The notes under the pieces are model-generated. The model worked only from the letters and a program-made list of their open reading frames with translations. It had not been told where the DNA came from and ran no database searches. From positions 51,584,001 to 51,648,000 of the forward strand of contig CM097882.1 of NCBI GenBank assembly GCA_044892505.1: a DNA stretch of 64,000 bases, written 5' to 3'. The position numbers were made by a program, and so were the translations under genes. Below are positions 48,901 through 62,422 of this stretch, in pieces. Source of the DNA: Schmidtea nova. Lineage: Eukaryota. Each line of letters opens with the position of its first letter. Positions within the stretch are counted from its first letter, which is position 1.

Positions 48901-51900
48901 CTTTTGTCGTATCGTTTATTTCTAAATGCTTGCTGTCGCTATTTTCCGTGACAAATTGATTTGTCGTTATCTTTTCAATTTATTCGTTTATTTCACTTTC
49001 TATTTTGCTTTTCTATTCTGTTCTGTTTGGTTATTAGTTTCCATTTTTCTTAGCATATTAATCATGGGTTTATTATTTTTCTTGTTGATTCCATAACATT
49101 GCTATCTTTTGTGTACGATTACTTCCTTTCGCCAGTTTCAACATATCTGCTTTTAGTAATTCTTCTTTTATCTTTCTCCAATGTTCCTTGTTATCAGGGG
49201 CCTGCAATCCTCCAAATTTGCTCCATCTGAATTCTGCTTCACTGGCTTTCTTTAATTGTTAGCTTTCGTGGTTCCGATTGGCAACCTGTCATAATGTTGA
49301 TTCGCCCTATATTTATTTCTAGTTTCTTTTCATTTTCTCTTGCTTTTACAGTTTCTTTTATTGTGATTTGTTCTTTTACTATCATTAGTTGTTTTTTCTT
49401 TTCTCTGTACCTTTCTTCCTATATACGTGCTTTATCTCTTTTCTGTTTACTGTATCGTTCTTCTGCAATTTTGGATTCTTTTATTTGCAACTCTAACCAT
49501 TTTCGACGTTGTTTTACTTGAGGTGTTTCAACTGATGATTCTCTTTCAACGAATGTAACTTTGTTTATTTTTGGTAGCTGTTGACTTCTATTTAGTTGTA
49601 AAATCGCCTCTGTTATAGTAGCACATGTTTTTTATATCGTCTATCCCAACATGAGATCCTTCTATTCTTGGGTTTTGATGTTTCCTTCTTGTTGGCAGTT
49701 AACCTTTAAATGTTCTTCGAGTCCACAATAATAGCGTTTCTTTTGGATCTTACATACATTTTCGATGTGCCCTTACTGTTGCAGTTCCATTATTCGCGTT
49801 TTTGATAGCAATTATTACGACCATGCTCTTTTTATCGTTAATCGTCACAGTATTTGACTATATCTTCAAGGTTTTTTGGTTGGTTGTGTGTCATGCTGCA
49901 ATTATCGCTGATATCCAGACTGTCTCTATTTCCCGTGGTCTTGGGTATTGTACTTGATTGTTTTTTGATAGTTGTTGTTTTCTCTTGTATCACTGAGGTT
50001 TGTATTATTGATTCTCTAGAACTTTCACGTCTATTGATCATTTACGATTTTGCAGACTTTACTTTTTATCGTTTGTCTTACGTTATCATATTGTATTCCT
50101 TTTGTAAATCGACTATTCAGTTGTCTCTCTCTCCATCTTTCTACACAGATAGTGCTTTAGCCAGTTGTCTCAGTACACCTGCGTTATCCAATTTTATAGT
50201 TTTGTTCGCTTTTCTAGTTTCCTGGGTTTCTCTTGAGTCGAATTTTAATTTAGGCCTTTTTCTGTCTCGTTTTCCTTTTCTTGATTTGATTTGTCCTTGA
50301 TTTTCGTTTTCATTTCTATATTGCCTGTACTTTCCGCTTTTTCGGTTTCTTTTTCTCGCTCTTTTTAATCTTCTGTGGATGTTGCGTCTTTAGATTTCGT
50401 TCTTCTCATTAGTTTTTTTATTGGAACTTTACTCTCAGTTTTTGGTGTCTGTTCTATTTTAGTAATTTTCTTTTGTATCACTTCATTCTCGTATTATGGC
50501 AGTATTGTTCTTTAATTTCTCTAACCATTCTCATTATGTTTATTCTTGGCGTTTTTGTTTGTTGCTGCTTCCATCTTTCGTGTTTATTCTTTCCTCTTCT
50601 TGTCGTAGTCTTGCCCATTCTTGTGCATATCTTTGTTCGCTTTCTTGATTGACTTGGTATTTTTTGTTTTCCATTTTCTGCGTCATATTAATATTTTGTT
50701 GGTTCTGTTGCTGCGTTGTTCTTGTTATCCCTTCAATCACCTCATTTAATCTCGAGACTTCTTGCATTAATCTTATTCCTCTGTTATTTTGGCTGTTGCT
50801 CATACTGTTGCCTTTATTGAAACTGTTTATTCTGTTTCCATTTGTCTGCTGGTTTCCTTGTTGATTATTTTGGTTCCAGTATCTTCGTGATATATGTCCT
50901 AGTTCACCCAATTATAGCACCAGCGTACTCAACATATTTTCTCCGAGTGTCCAAGCACGTCGCAGTTCCCATAATATTGAGTTTTGTAGCACTTACTCTT
51001 CAAATGTCGGGTTTTCCTACATGTTCGGAATCGTTTGGTGTTGTTCATATTGTGATTGCTTCTGAATTCGTTCTTGTTGTTACTATTGTTGACCGTATTG
51101 CCACTATTATCTTTTCCCGTTTGTTGTATCCATTGGTTTGCATATGCTGAATTAGTTTGATTCCTTTCCTCTTCTGATTTGTTCGGTGTTGCTGTAGGTC
51201 GTTTGCTTTCATATGTAATTCATATCTATTTTTAGTCTCTAGCGCATCATCAATTTATTTACATCCTTTACAGCCAACTTAGGTTTGAATATCCTACCTT
51301 CTCAATCCTAGTACAAATATTTCTGTCATTAATTTTTCGCTTATTGGATTTTTCCCAGCAAATGCTAACTTAGCTAATTTCTTTAATTCATTTTCATACA
51401 TTGCATTTGACTTATTTTTTCTTAGAATGCTTGTTGAAAATTCATCAAATGGTTGGTTCAATACACTGGCTATTCCGAAAGTCCTTTCAGAAACTCTTTA
51501 ATTCCCGTCCAATTTTTTGGTGTTATTTATCCTTTTTTCTACATGTAAAGATCCAGCGCACTTTCTTGTAGATACAGCGGAATTCTTCTAACTATTGCTT
51601 CGTTGAACCAGTTGCATACTGTTATGCATACTTCAAAATTCTTTAGAAATGATTCTAGTTTATCGGCATCCCCGTTAAATGGTAGGTCTCGAAATTTTTC
51701 TCGATATCCTTCTCTCTTTTGTGTGCTTGACGTTGGTGGTGTACTTGACTCGTTTCCGTGTCCTTCGTTATTCATTTTCTGGTTTCTTATTTCCGTACTT
51801 GTATATTTGTCCGTGGGATTTTCCGGTTGTTCGATTTGTTCTTGGCTTTTCCTGGGGTTCGTTTCAATGCTTGTTCTTGTTGTTGTTTGATCGACTTGGT

Positions 51901-53158
51901 TTGTTTGCTGAGATTTATCTGTTCTCTTTGATATTCGATTCCCTGTTTGTACTTAGAATAAATAGATCGTCTATTATTCGTTATGGCCTTTTTATTTATG
52001 CTGATCGAGTTCTTCGGATTTTATCTACTTCGGATTCGTCATAGTTGGTTGAATTTGCAGCTGGATCTGAGTTTTTCTCTGTACCGATTCTCCATGATTA
52101 CTAATCTTTTCTCTGGTTTTGGTTTTTGTACTATAATTTGATTTATCGTTGTCTTCCTTTCAACTTGAGCTTGTCTTTTTGAATGATTTTGTATTGGTTT
52201 GGTATCGATCACTTCATGTTTTGTTGACCTGTTGTTTGTCGTTGACTTGAATAAGTGCTTGGTTCGTTGTTGAAATCTACAATGTAAAATATACTTTTAA
52301 CCATTTAAGTGGCTGTCACTGATCACCCAGTTTCTTCAATTAATTATTAATAAATAAATTCTGCTCTTTAGTTTCTTGAATATTTATGGGTCTTTTATTA
52401 CTCAGGTATCTTTCTCTCTCCATTTTGGTCTACTAGTGTGCCTATATTTTAATACAAATTATCTTTCTATCGTCGTAATTCGCCTAATTTGTCCTGAACT
52501 CCATTACTTTATCTTGTCGCACTTGCGACTCTTTTTATTTATTAGTTCTATTCCAATTTACATAGTTAATTCTTTAATCGTCTACTGATTTGTCCCACTT
52601 TCTCTTGGCGGGTTTCTCTCATATATTTCAACTATTCGTCATCGTTCTGGCCTTGTCTCAGGCTCATTTGCGCACTCATGTGCGCACCTTAATTCCCTAT
52701 TTTATTTCTATCATCGACTATTTAATTCTTAAGGGTTTCATCCCTTTTCTAACTTTACTTTATTATTCTCCCTTAGGCTCCCTGGATTCTTGATTTATTT
52801 CTAATTCTAATATTTATGGATTGACCATTTTAACGCGCCTCTGAAAATTTGCTTGACTGCTAGTATGGGTTTTTCTTCGCCGTCTTTGTTGGTCAATTAT
52901 AGATTTTGGACCTAGTCTGTGTAGGCTCCTCTCGTAATGATTGATAAGATTACTCTGATGAATGAGATTAATTAATTAATTTGTATTTTAGCTCTAGCGC
53001 CTCCCATGGACCCCAGTTAATTAAAAACTACTTTATTCGTTTTCAACTTTCAATTTGCCACCGATTTTTACCCTTTTTGAAATTTTAATTAACATTTAAT
53101 TAATTTTGCACATTTTCAATTTCTCTTGTATTTTATAGGTTTATGTATAGCTACGACA
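45950..53158 (-). mobile_element. Large degenerate LTR element: 845-bp LTR (52314-53158) plus ~6 kb gag-like region with three CCHC clusters, no pol seen
   Basis: Minus-strand LTR TGTCGTAG..GTGACA. Gag N-terminus DLPFNGDADKLESFLKNFEVC..W. Decayed knuckle triplets at ~51050-50860, ~49850-49690 and ~48800-48640 (e.g. YYCGLEEHLKVNC, NCGKKGHMARNC). Confidence 0.65.
46899..48326 (+). mobile_element. Left half of a Buster/Charlie-type hAT (transposase 5' part 47523-48326)
   Basis: TIR CAGAGCTCCGCAACCGGTGTGTCGCGG. YIQYGF..PKPECVIC..L..HL (BED), KPHTIGETLIK, FSLQIDESTD. Breaks at VCTD. Confidence 0.9.
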
Positions 53159-54119
53159 CATGAATCACTTTTGCCCAGTTTTCAGTAGAAAGTTTCAGAT
53201 ATTGTGAGGCTGAACTGAAAGCACCTGAAGATCAGAATGATGCTCTTGAAATATATCGTGTCGAGCATAATTCTGGACTGGCGTATATTGCAAGTCTTAA
53301 GTTGCAAATTTTATATGAGAATGTTTTCGATTTTCAATAATAATCTTTAAATAATCCTTATGGATTTATGTAGAGTTCGCAGAAAATCTTCATGAGGGGT
53401 TTCCAAAACCAAAAACAAAACTTCAGTAAACCGGTTAATATTTTGCTTAAATAATTAAACTGAAATTATGGAATAAACCTGAAATTTAAACTGAACGAAA
53501 AATAAAACAAAGCATTATTTCAAAACAATATAATTTATTTAACATCCCGTTTATTTCAATGCATTATTATTCTCTAGGCAATATTTGTGATGATAATTAT
53601 AAACGGGATAGCTTTTATGGGAAAATTTTCTGCACGCTTCATGTTAAAAGCTTTTTTTATAATTTGTGAGAGTAATTTTCAAATTCTTCTAAGAACTGAT
53701 TCAGACTTTACAGAAGCATCTCAATGAATATTTAACAATGGCAGACTATTTTATCCGCCTTCACTATCGAATTATGAAGACAAGATTTTAATCTTCATCC
53801 GTCCTCAAAATAATAAATACTGAAGTCTTTTAGGTCCAAATAGACCCATATGTGGTGAGCCCAACAGCTAAGTATAATGATTTGTTTTTTATTATTAGTG
53901 TTTTTTTATTAGTGTCGTGTATATATATAGTTTGGATTCCCCCCATCCCTGTATATTAACGGCAACTTCCTTTGTATTATTATTTTTAGTTATTATTTTT
54001 GGTTAATTTTAATTCAAAATTTGGCTTGCTATAGCAAATGCTATAGTAAGCCAAATGACAAAATAAAAAAATCGATAAATTAAATTGAAAATTTTGAAAT
54101 TAAAATTATCAGCGAATTT

Positions 54120-54345
54120 AATAACCAAGCATTAAGGAAATTTCAAAGAAAGTTCTAAAGAAACGTCAGAGAAGGCCCTAAAGAATCTAATAACGAAGAA
54201 TTTAACGAAGAATTTAATAACGAAGAATTTAATAACGAATTTGATAACGAATTTAATAACGAATTTAATATCAAGGCATTAAAGAAATTTCAAAGAAAGT
54301 TCTAAAGAAACGCAAGAGAAGGCTCGAAAGAATTTAATAACGAAA
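54120..54345. repeat. ~80-bp direct repeat enclosing a TTTAATAACGAA(GAA) minisatellite
   Basis: GCATTAA.GAAATTTCAAAGAAAGTTCTAAAGAAACG occurs twice, with tandem AATAACGAA units between. Confidence 0.75.
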
Positions 54346-54689
54346 TTTTAAAAGTAAATATTAATTTGTTGATGCTATATTATCTAAATACAACCATATA
54401 TGGATTTATATTAAAACGTTTATACACAAAAATGCTCAAATAAAAATATAAAGTTTAATGCATAGCATATATAAAACTTAAAAATTTAAATTGAGACAAA
54501 AACTAATTAAAAATTAATTTAAATATAAATCAATATTTTGTCGGGGGAAGGTAGTAACGGGTAGCAAATGAAAAGTTAAATATGAATATAACGCATAAAT
54601 ATGAATATATATAATGCATTTTTGTATTAACCAATGAATGTGACAACTCAAACAGCAGCCAAAAATAAATCTGAAGCAATTTCCATTTT

Positions 54690-55816
54690 GGGAAAAATTG
54701 AATGTTTTAAATTTATTTGCAGCCCGATTGTCTGGTATGATATCTGATAAATATTACAAGCAAAGTACTTCAGAATGAAAATTTTAATGTTTTGGAAGCT
54801 ACAACAGTGCTATCTAAAAATATTGACTATTTAGAAAAGTACAGAACAGATGATAAATTTAATAAAGTTATTGAAGAAGCCAAAAAAATTCCACTAGAAT
54901 TAGAAATTGAGCCAGAGTTTGAACAAATAAGAAATAGTCGCAGGAGAAGGCAATTCGATTATGAGCACCTAGATGAAGTAATAAATGATGAAGCACAAAA
55001 TTTTAAGAATAATTTTTTTAATAACATCCTTGATCAAGCAATTGTGTCATCAAATGACAGGTTTACGTTAATTCAGGAGCACAATAAAAATTTTAACTTC
55101 ATTTATAATTTAAATGCAGAAATGAGTGATGAAGAGCTTCGAAAAAGGTGTATGGATTTCGAAATTTTGCTCGCAGATGGTGATCAAAAAGATATATCCG
55201 GTTCCAATTTATACGATGAATTAAGGTTTTTAAGAAATAATATTAAAGAATCCTGCTACACTCCTTCAAAGATATTGGAATATTTATACTCAAATAATTT
55301 AGCATCATCTTTGGCCAATGTTTTTATAGCCCTAAGAATTTTTTTAACTTTGCCGACATCAGTAGCTAGCGCTGATAGGAGCTTTTCAAAATTAAAACTA
55401 ATTAAAACCTATATACGTTCTACGATGAGACAAGACCGGTTAGATGCACTGGCCACTTTATCAATTGAACACGATATTGCCAAAAATTTAGATGAAGAGG
55501 AATTAATTGACAGGTTTACACCTATAAAGGCTCGAAAGATTAGTTTTTAACTCAACATACTAAAAGCAGAGAGTATATCTTATGATTTGGAAATTTCTAG
55601 AAGATAAGATTACTAAATTATGATTTTCTTTTTTATAGGTTTTATTGTTACTGGATTTAATGAATTCTTAAATATTAAATAAAAGTAATGCACTCTTAAA
55701 TATTAAATAAATATATTTTTTCATACATTTTTCTCAGTATTTTTATTATTAAAAAGTTTAAGAAATAATATTGGGGCGGGAACTGTTGGGGCGCCACAAC
55801 TGTTGAGCCGGCGCTG
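54690..55816 (+). mobile_element. 3' half of a hAT (Tip100/ZMYM1-like) element
   Basis: ORF 54792-55550 carries the dimerisation domain LRIFLTLPTSVASADRSFSKLKLIKTYIRSTM..DRL..LATLSIE. Right TIR GAGCCGGCGCTG. Confidence 0.88.
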
Positions 55817-55843
55817 ACTGGGAGTCCGATAGAGATTGCAAGT

Positions 55844-56000
55844 TAGTGATGAGCTGTTAGTACAGTTAACAAATTAACAGTTAAGGTAAGTAAAATTAGT
55901 GTGCTTCTCAAAATTAAAAGTTTGCTTAAGTTAAACAGTTAAACTACCGTTTTTTAACAAGTTATAGAAGTGGTTAAGAACGTTAAAAAAGCGTCTCTTA
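55844..56000 (+). mobile_element. hAT left terminus (same TIR type as 28545)
   Basis: TAGTGATGAGCTG followed by AACAGTTAA subrepeats. Confidence 0.5.
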
Positions 56001-56029
56001 TATATTATTTTTGACGCCCAATCAACCAA

Positions 56030-56374
56030 TAAATCAATCTGAGTTTTTAATTTGCCAGATTATTCGGTTTTGATTTTTTCATTAATTTTATTTAATTCCT
56101 TGTTTTTCTCTTAAATTTTTTGATTTATTTTTATAATTAATTATTTCTTTTTCTAATTCATTTCCTTTTCCTCAATTTGGTGTTTATAAGCGGATTTTGT
56201 ACTTTTTCCATTTAATTTTCTATTATAATATCATTATTCTTTTAATTCGTTATAATTATTGTTTTTTTTTCTTTAACCGTTTTCTTTATTTTCTTTAAGT
56301 TTTTCTTAATTATTTTGATCCAGCTTCTTATTTCTTATTTATTAGATATTCGCGTTCACTGTGCTAACCCAACA
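56030..56374 (-). mobile_element. Partial family-L LTR (5' part)
   Basis: T-rich tract ending TAACCCAACA, as at the end of copy 1. Confidence 0.4.
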
Positions 56375-57648
56375 AAGGGATCGTCCTGGAAGGGAAGACG
56401 TGGAAAACATTGAGTTCATCGAGTTACTACTTGATTTATTTAAACTTGTGACTGCAAAATGTGCTAAAATAAATGTTATTCGTACCACTTGTTATTTTCT
56501 TTGCATTACTTTATTTAGGATTGGGCAAAGGCAGATTAAAGCGAAATACGGGTGTTATATATGTATTCCATCACTCCTGAAACAGGAAGATTGAGTAGTC
56601 AGATTTGATTCTTTACTAATCACGGTGAAACAAATGCACAGATGCCTTCTATTGTCATATGTAATGGATTTATAGGTATAAATACAAAGTTCGATAAGTG
56701 AGTACACTTTTGAAGTAGCCTATCAATCACAAATATACAATACCAGTCTTGTGGGCTAGCGATGGAAGGATCGATTGAATTCTATCTGATGACTATTAAC
56801 AACATTCGGTACCATGGAAATCCAAGGTCAGATACACGCTGCTAAATTTTTATGGGGCGATCATAGATAACATCCAGATGTGTACGGCATCTTTTAAGAT
56901 TAAGTAAATCCCAATAAAGTATTACAACACATACAAAGAATAAGAGATTGCAAACTAAAATATTAAAATGTATGGGTTATTTTAGTCATTTCTTTCCTTT
57001 TTTCGTAATACAAATTTTTAATAGATTTTTGTTTTAAATTGTAAAGTCATTGGCGTACATAGAAAAAATTTTAATGAACATGCAGAATTTTTGAAAATTA
57101 AATTGTGTTAAATTAATTTGTGTTTCATTTTAAGTTAATTTGTTTTTCTTCGTGATGACTTGTAAAATGATAAATATTTATCAGTAACAATTTTTAATAA
57201 ACTAAAACTAGAGAAGGAAATGAAAAACAAGTTATATAATTAAAAATATGTTTTACGTGAATTATCAGTCGTGCAAAGTATAAATGGAATTTTGTTTTAA
57301 CTGAGATAAAATAATTTTATCAGCTTTATAAATGATGCAGTAAATTCCATTTTCTTGCTGATAACCCAAAGTTTTTATTTAATTTCTAATTTTGTTTTAC
57401 TACTTTATTTCTGTTGGTCTCTAATTATTTTTACCCGTAGTGGAATAATTAAATTGAGAACCATAAGAAAAAATTTATTACGAGAGAGTATATCTCTTAA
57501 TTTTCGGAAAAAGTAGCTTGTTTATAATATTTTCTCAATATTGAATAATAGCAAGTTTAAAGCAATAATAAATTACAACAATTTACTTCTGTATGAATGC
57601 TTCACAATAAAGATAAAAAATTAATTTCATTTCCTATAGTTGTTTTTA

Positions 57649-57836
57649 GCCGGAAATGCACGCATCACTTAGGAAAGAGAGTCGAAATCGTAAGGGTGCA
57701 AGAAAAGCTTGTTTTCCTTCTATTAATTAAGTATAATATTAAAGCATTAAAATTAAATTAAAAATGTAAAGCAAGCCCGTTTCTTGCCCCTTTACGATGT
57801 TAACTGTCATCACTAAGGAATATGTATATTTCCGGT
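57649..57836. mobile_element. Small MITE with ~65-bp imperfect TIRs
   Basis: CCGGAAAT...CTTAG...ATCGTAA.GG.GCAAGAAA..GCTTG present in inverted orientation at both ends. Confidence 0.6.
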
Positions 57837-58779
57837 CAAGAACCACTTCAATAAATGAAAATTTGACCTTTGATCTTTTTGTCTCTATTTCAGAAATTTT
57901 AATTTTTTAAAAGACCATAGATCAATTTTTATTTTAAAAGTTCCACAAATATTCGGCACAGCCTTTTTTTCTTTATTTTAAATACACACTTGAAAAAGGC
58001 TGTGCCTTAAATTTGTGTACCTTTTAAAAGAAATTGATAAAAATAAAATAATATGATAATGCTTTAAGTCTAAGATATTAATAATTGTAATATTTTAATA
58101 AATATAAAAAGTTGTGCTATTTTAGAAGACTTTTTTAATTAATATCGTAATAAATTTTGTATATTTATTTTCATGTTTCTTTTGGGGGAGTTTAAAATTT
58201 TTTTCCTTCTGAATTCTGATTTAATATAAATTATTTAGACAAATTAAGACTCATTCTCGAGATAAATTAAATTTCAATTTAAAATTTTCTATGTATTACA
58301 AATTAAAATGTTTTTTCAATCTTCAAAAAATTAGAGAATTTTAAAAAATATTCAGAAAGAAGTGATAAGTCAATGGAAAAGAATTTCGTATTGAAGTGAT
58401 CAGGATCTTTTTTTGAGAACTCTTTCAATAACTATAGCACCTTGATTACATTTTTTACATAGAGCGGTAGATTTTTACAATAACTTTGATCATGTGGGAA
58501 AGATTTTTTCATCCAGATTTGACTTAAATGTTGCACTGAATATTGATTGTGAATTCGTGTGGATTTTTTTCAAACTTTTAAGGTTTTATGTAGATCTTTC
58601 AAGTGGATACTTGTTATTAGATTCTATATATTCTTTAAGGTTACTTTTTTGATGGTTTTCAAAAATAAATCCCATATAAAATATGAACATCCCATATTTT
58701 TACTTACCACTAAATATTTATTTGCCCAAAAAGGATTTAAGTTATCGGTTTAAACTAGAATTTCGCAATGATTTCATAT

Positions 58780-59210
58780 ATCATAGGCAATTATTACCAA
58801 CTAAACAAATTCACGATGGTATTACCGTATTCGGAGGCGTTTAAAGAGTATAAAATAAAGATAGGAAAGCAATTGAACGGTTTAAACTTTAGGATTGTCT
58901 CCAATTCGTGCAAATTGGGTGGTATGTTTGTTAAAAAGTAACAAAATCCGATTGGATTGTGTTCAGATCTCATTTATCAATTTACATGTAATGCGTGTAA
59001 TGTCATATACAATGGGGAGAAGGCCTGTCTTCTCTGTACTGGAGTTCTTGAACATCCGAAGGGAGTGTCCAATATTAGTGCTTACAATAAAGACTGTAAC
59101 AAAAAGATTGGTATGTTATATTTTAAAATCTTATCAAAAAGTCTTAATAATAATTATGAAGCATAATATGTGAAGCGTTGCTGATAAGATCTTTAACTTT
59201 AAAAATTAAT
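58780..59210 (+). pseudogene. Penelope-like retroelement 3' remnant (GIY-YIG endonuclease)
   Basis: SDLIYQFTCNACNVIYNGE...EH matches the VYxxxCxxCxxxYIGET..R..EH pattern, followed by FKIL and an EALLI-like tract. Confidence 0.75.
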
Positions 59211-61013
59211 TTACAGAATGCGATTAACACATGCATTTTAAATGTTTTTAAATAAATAATATTTATTTTTGTAAACAATCCTAATAAAATATATTAAATT
59301 CTATAAAATAAATAATGTGTTGTACAATATAATTTATAGAGTATTATATTAACTGATATTATTTATAGTTTCCCAATGAATGACGTAGAATGCGCATAGA
59401 TTTATAAATATTTTATCTATACTACAATACAAACCGTAAATTTGTGAAGGTAGTTATTATCTGGAAAACTAGAGCCAATTCGAAAAAACTGAAGTAATTT
59501 TCAAAATCTGCGGCATGAAAATACCCCAATTTCATTTAGTACTTTTTAGCAATGAAAAAAAAATTGTACAGACAAATTTAGGATCTTGTATTTTATTTTC
59601 CCATAGTCTTAAAAAGGTGTGAAATTTTCCCATATATTGAAATGATGATAAGGGACATAGAAAATTAGGTAACAGTATATTTATTATTAGAAATATGTTC
59701 AAGTAATGAGCTTTTGCACATAAAAACCATCACAGAATAGGTTCTGCTACTAGGGTTCTGCTCACAATGTTCTGCTAGCAATGTTCTGTCACTGCAATGT
59801 TCTGTCATCTGCAATCCTCTTCCTTGGATCTCGTATTTTTTACATGAAAAGTTATTATACTATTTAGATAATCACACACGAGAATAAATATACATACATA
59901 TTAAAATTTTTGCTTTAATTATTTGCATTAATTTTAATATGGTATTTAATTTTCCTATATATGGGAAAATTAAATACCAGTACCCAAATTTAATTTTAAT
60001 AATAATATTAATATTTTACTAAATAAAATGAAACGTTCTAATTTTCATGTAAAACTTTTCGTTTTGTACGACAAAGATTTTAATAATATTTGAGATTCTT
60101 TAACTGAAGATTAAAATTATGTTTTGTAATTTAAGATTAATAATATTATTGTTGTTGATTGGTCCGACCGCATGCGGCTGGATTTTGATATTTTAATTTG
60201 TCTTGTATATTAGAAATGATATAAATATAAAATTTATAAAACCAAGATTAAAAAAATACGTTAATCTCAAAAACAATAATTAATAATTTAGTTAATAATC
60301 TTTGAAAATTATTAACTACGAAAATTAATGATAGTAAATATTATATTAAAAAAATATCAATGTAAGTTTCAAAATTTCATTGATAAGGATTGTTTGATAA
60401 TCGAAAATGTTCATATAATAGGATAAAATATGATATATATTTAATCAAACTTTGCGATAATTACAGTACCATACGAGTAATTTATCTTTAAAATCTTTAA
60501 TCTTCTTCATTTTTGATTAATTAACAATTTCGTTCGTTTTCATTTTTTTCAGATAAAAAAAATTCCTCAAAACCTTTTTAAGTGTTTCTAAATGTATTTT
60601 AGTATTTAAGTGTATTTAAATTTTTCGCCATGTCTGAAAAAATGAAAATAAACAAAATTATTTTTAATAAATAATCTTTCATGAAAATATTTTTAGTTTG
60701 TTCACCTTTGATCTTTTTATTTCAAAAATTTTCTTTTTTAGGACTAGATCAATTTTTTTATTAGCACACGAATTTTCAACACTACCTTTTTTGTAATTAA
60801 ACATTTGAATAAGTCAGTGCCGAAAATTCATGTCCCAATAAAAAATTAATCTTCTCTCTTAATTTTTAAAAATCTTTTATTCTAAAACTTTATTAGTCAT
60901 ACTCGATAATTTAGCGTAAGAAAATTTTTAAGTGTTTTTTTTAATACGCGTTTAAAATTGTTTTTCAAAATGAATAAATATAAATACATATTATAAATAA
61001 ATAATTTCCTTAC

Positions 61014-61481
61014 TTGAAATCGGTCTAAAGCAATTGCAGTAATGCTAATTGTACTGACGAAGATATTTGTACCCTGTAATAAAGCACTCAATTTACACAT
61101 TGGATCACCCAAAATCCATTCTTGCTGGCCAGATAGCAATCTTATCAAATTGAATGGTTCTGTAAGAATACACAAAATTAAATCAGAGATGGCTAAATTG
61201 ACAATAAAAATATTTCTGGGACTTCTCATACTACGTCCATGAACGACAGCATAAATCACAAGCGTACTACCACAGGCTCCAAAAAGCATTAGAGTCACAT
61301 ATATTGCCATTAAAATCCCTAATACCCCATTACTCAAACGGAGTTGATATTGTACTCGCATTTCTTCGAAAACAGCATCAAAACGGTCACGATTAGTAAT
61401 ATAAAGAGGATTACATCGATAAAAATATGATTGAATATCGTTATAATTTTCCCTTGGAAATATGTTACAATCGTTTCTCAT
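61014..61481 (-). CDS. First coding exon of a class A neuropeptide GPCR (NPY/NPF receptor-like): N-terminus, TM1-TM3
   Basis: GACGSTLVIYAVV..RSMRSPRNIFIVNLAISDLILC..EPF, WILGDPMCK, FVSTISITAIALDRFQ, then splice donor GTAAGG at 61013. The ORF tail beyond this point is intronic. Confidence 0.92.
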
Positions 61482-62422
61482 GAGTTCATGAAAGTATCAA
61501 GAAATTGAATTTTGATATATGAAAATATGAAATTTGTCCTAGCCTCCACGATTGGTCAACCAATCAAATTCCTTTAATATTATCAATAAAAAAATGTTTC
61601 TGATTACATTTATATTATATTATTCTTTAATTAAAAAACACATTATTCTCTCTAAATAAACATAGAAAATCTTCTGATTGTTATACACTAAAGGCGCATT
61701 AAAAACGTTAACCCTCTAGTAGGTAAGCCTGTCTAACATTATTATTACAGTTACACAATATTTCTAAAAATTAAAGGTACTTGTCTTTTAATTCACCCCA
61801 ATTATTCTATTTTTATTTTTTAAAGAAATGAATGCAAAATCATTTATTCTAATATAAAATAACATTAAGTGTATTTTATTTAATTGTCTGCACACTAATT
61901 CTCACAGGTTAAACAGGTGGCCACAAAGCACAACATCAGCAAGAATCGCACCAAATGCATCCTATTGACGAACTACTTTTTTTATCATTACATAAAGCGG
62001 ATAATTGTAACAAATTCATATTAATATTTTATTATTTATTTTGCTATTTATTTATTTATGCAACTTCAGCTAAACAGTATAAAGGTTATTGAATAATTGA
62101 ATAATTTAACTGAATTTATTAAAATGATTAAAAATAATTGGGGTGAATTAACCGACAAGTACCAAAATCAATTTTTATTTTCTGAAAACAAAATGTAACA
62201 AAATATTTTTTTATATTTTAATCACAATGATAATGGTTTCACAAAAAAGAAACTGGCCGCACTTTGGGCATCTCTGAATTAGATTAATAATCTTAAACTA
62301 ACATATTATAAAAGTGAGTGTCATGAGTAGAATCGTTATAAAATATACCGTTTTTCGTTTATTGAAATTTTTTAATAGGTGTTCGATGTGTTCGCCCAAG
62401 TAAAAAGATGTACAATTTCACA

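Noticed and set aside
48632-52793. Many hydrophobic plus-strand ORFs resembling membrane proteins
   Set aside because: They are antisense shadows of the A-rich minus-strand gag-like region.
54185-54270. Repeat arrays as CRISPR (also 12087-12195 and 59740-59820)
   Set aside because: No unique spacers, no cas genes, eukaryotic context; these are minisatellites or TE subterminal repeats.
61700-62170. TTAA-CCC start and HTH-like peptide as a piggyBac or an upstream GPCR exon
   Set aside because: No matching right end, and no supported splice link.
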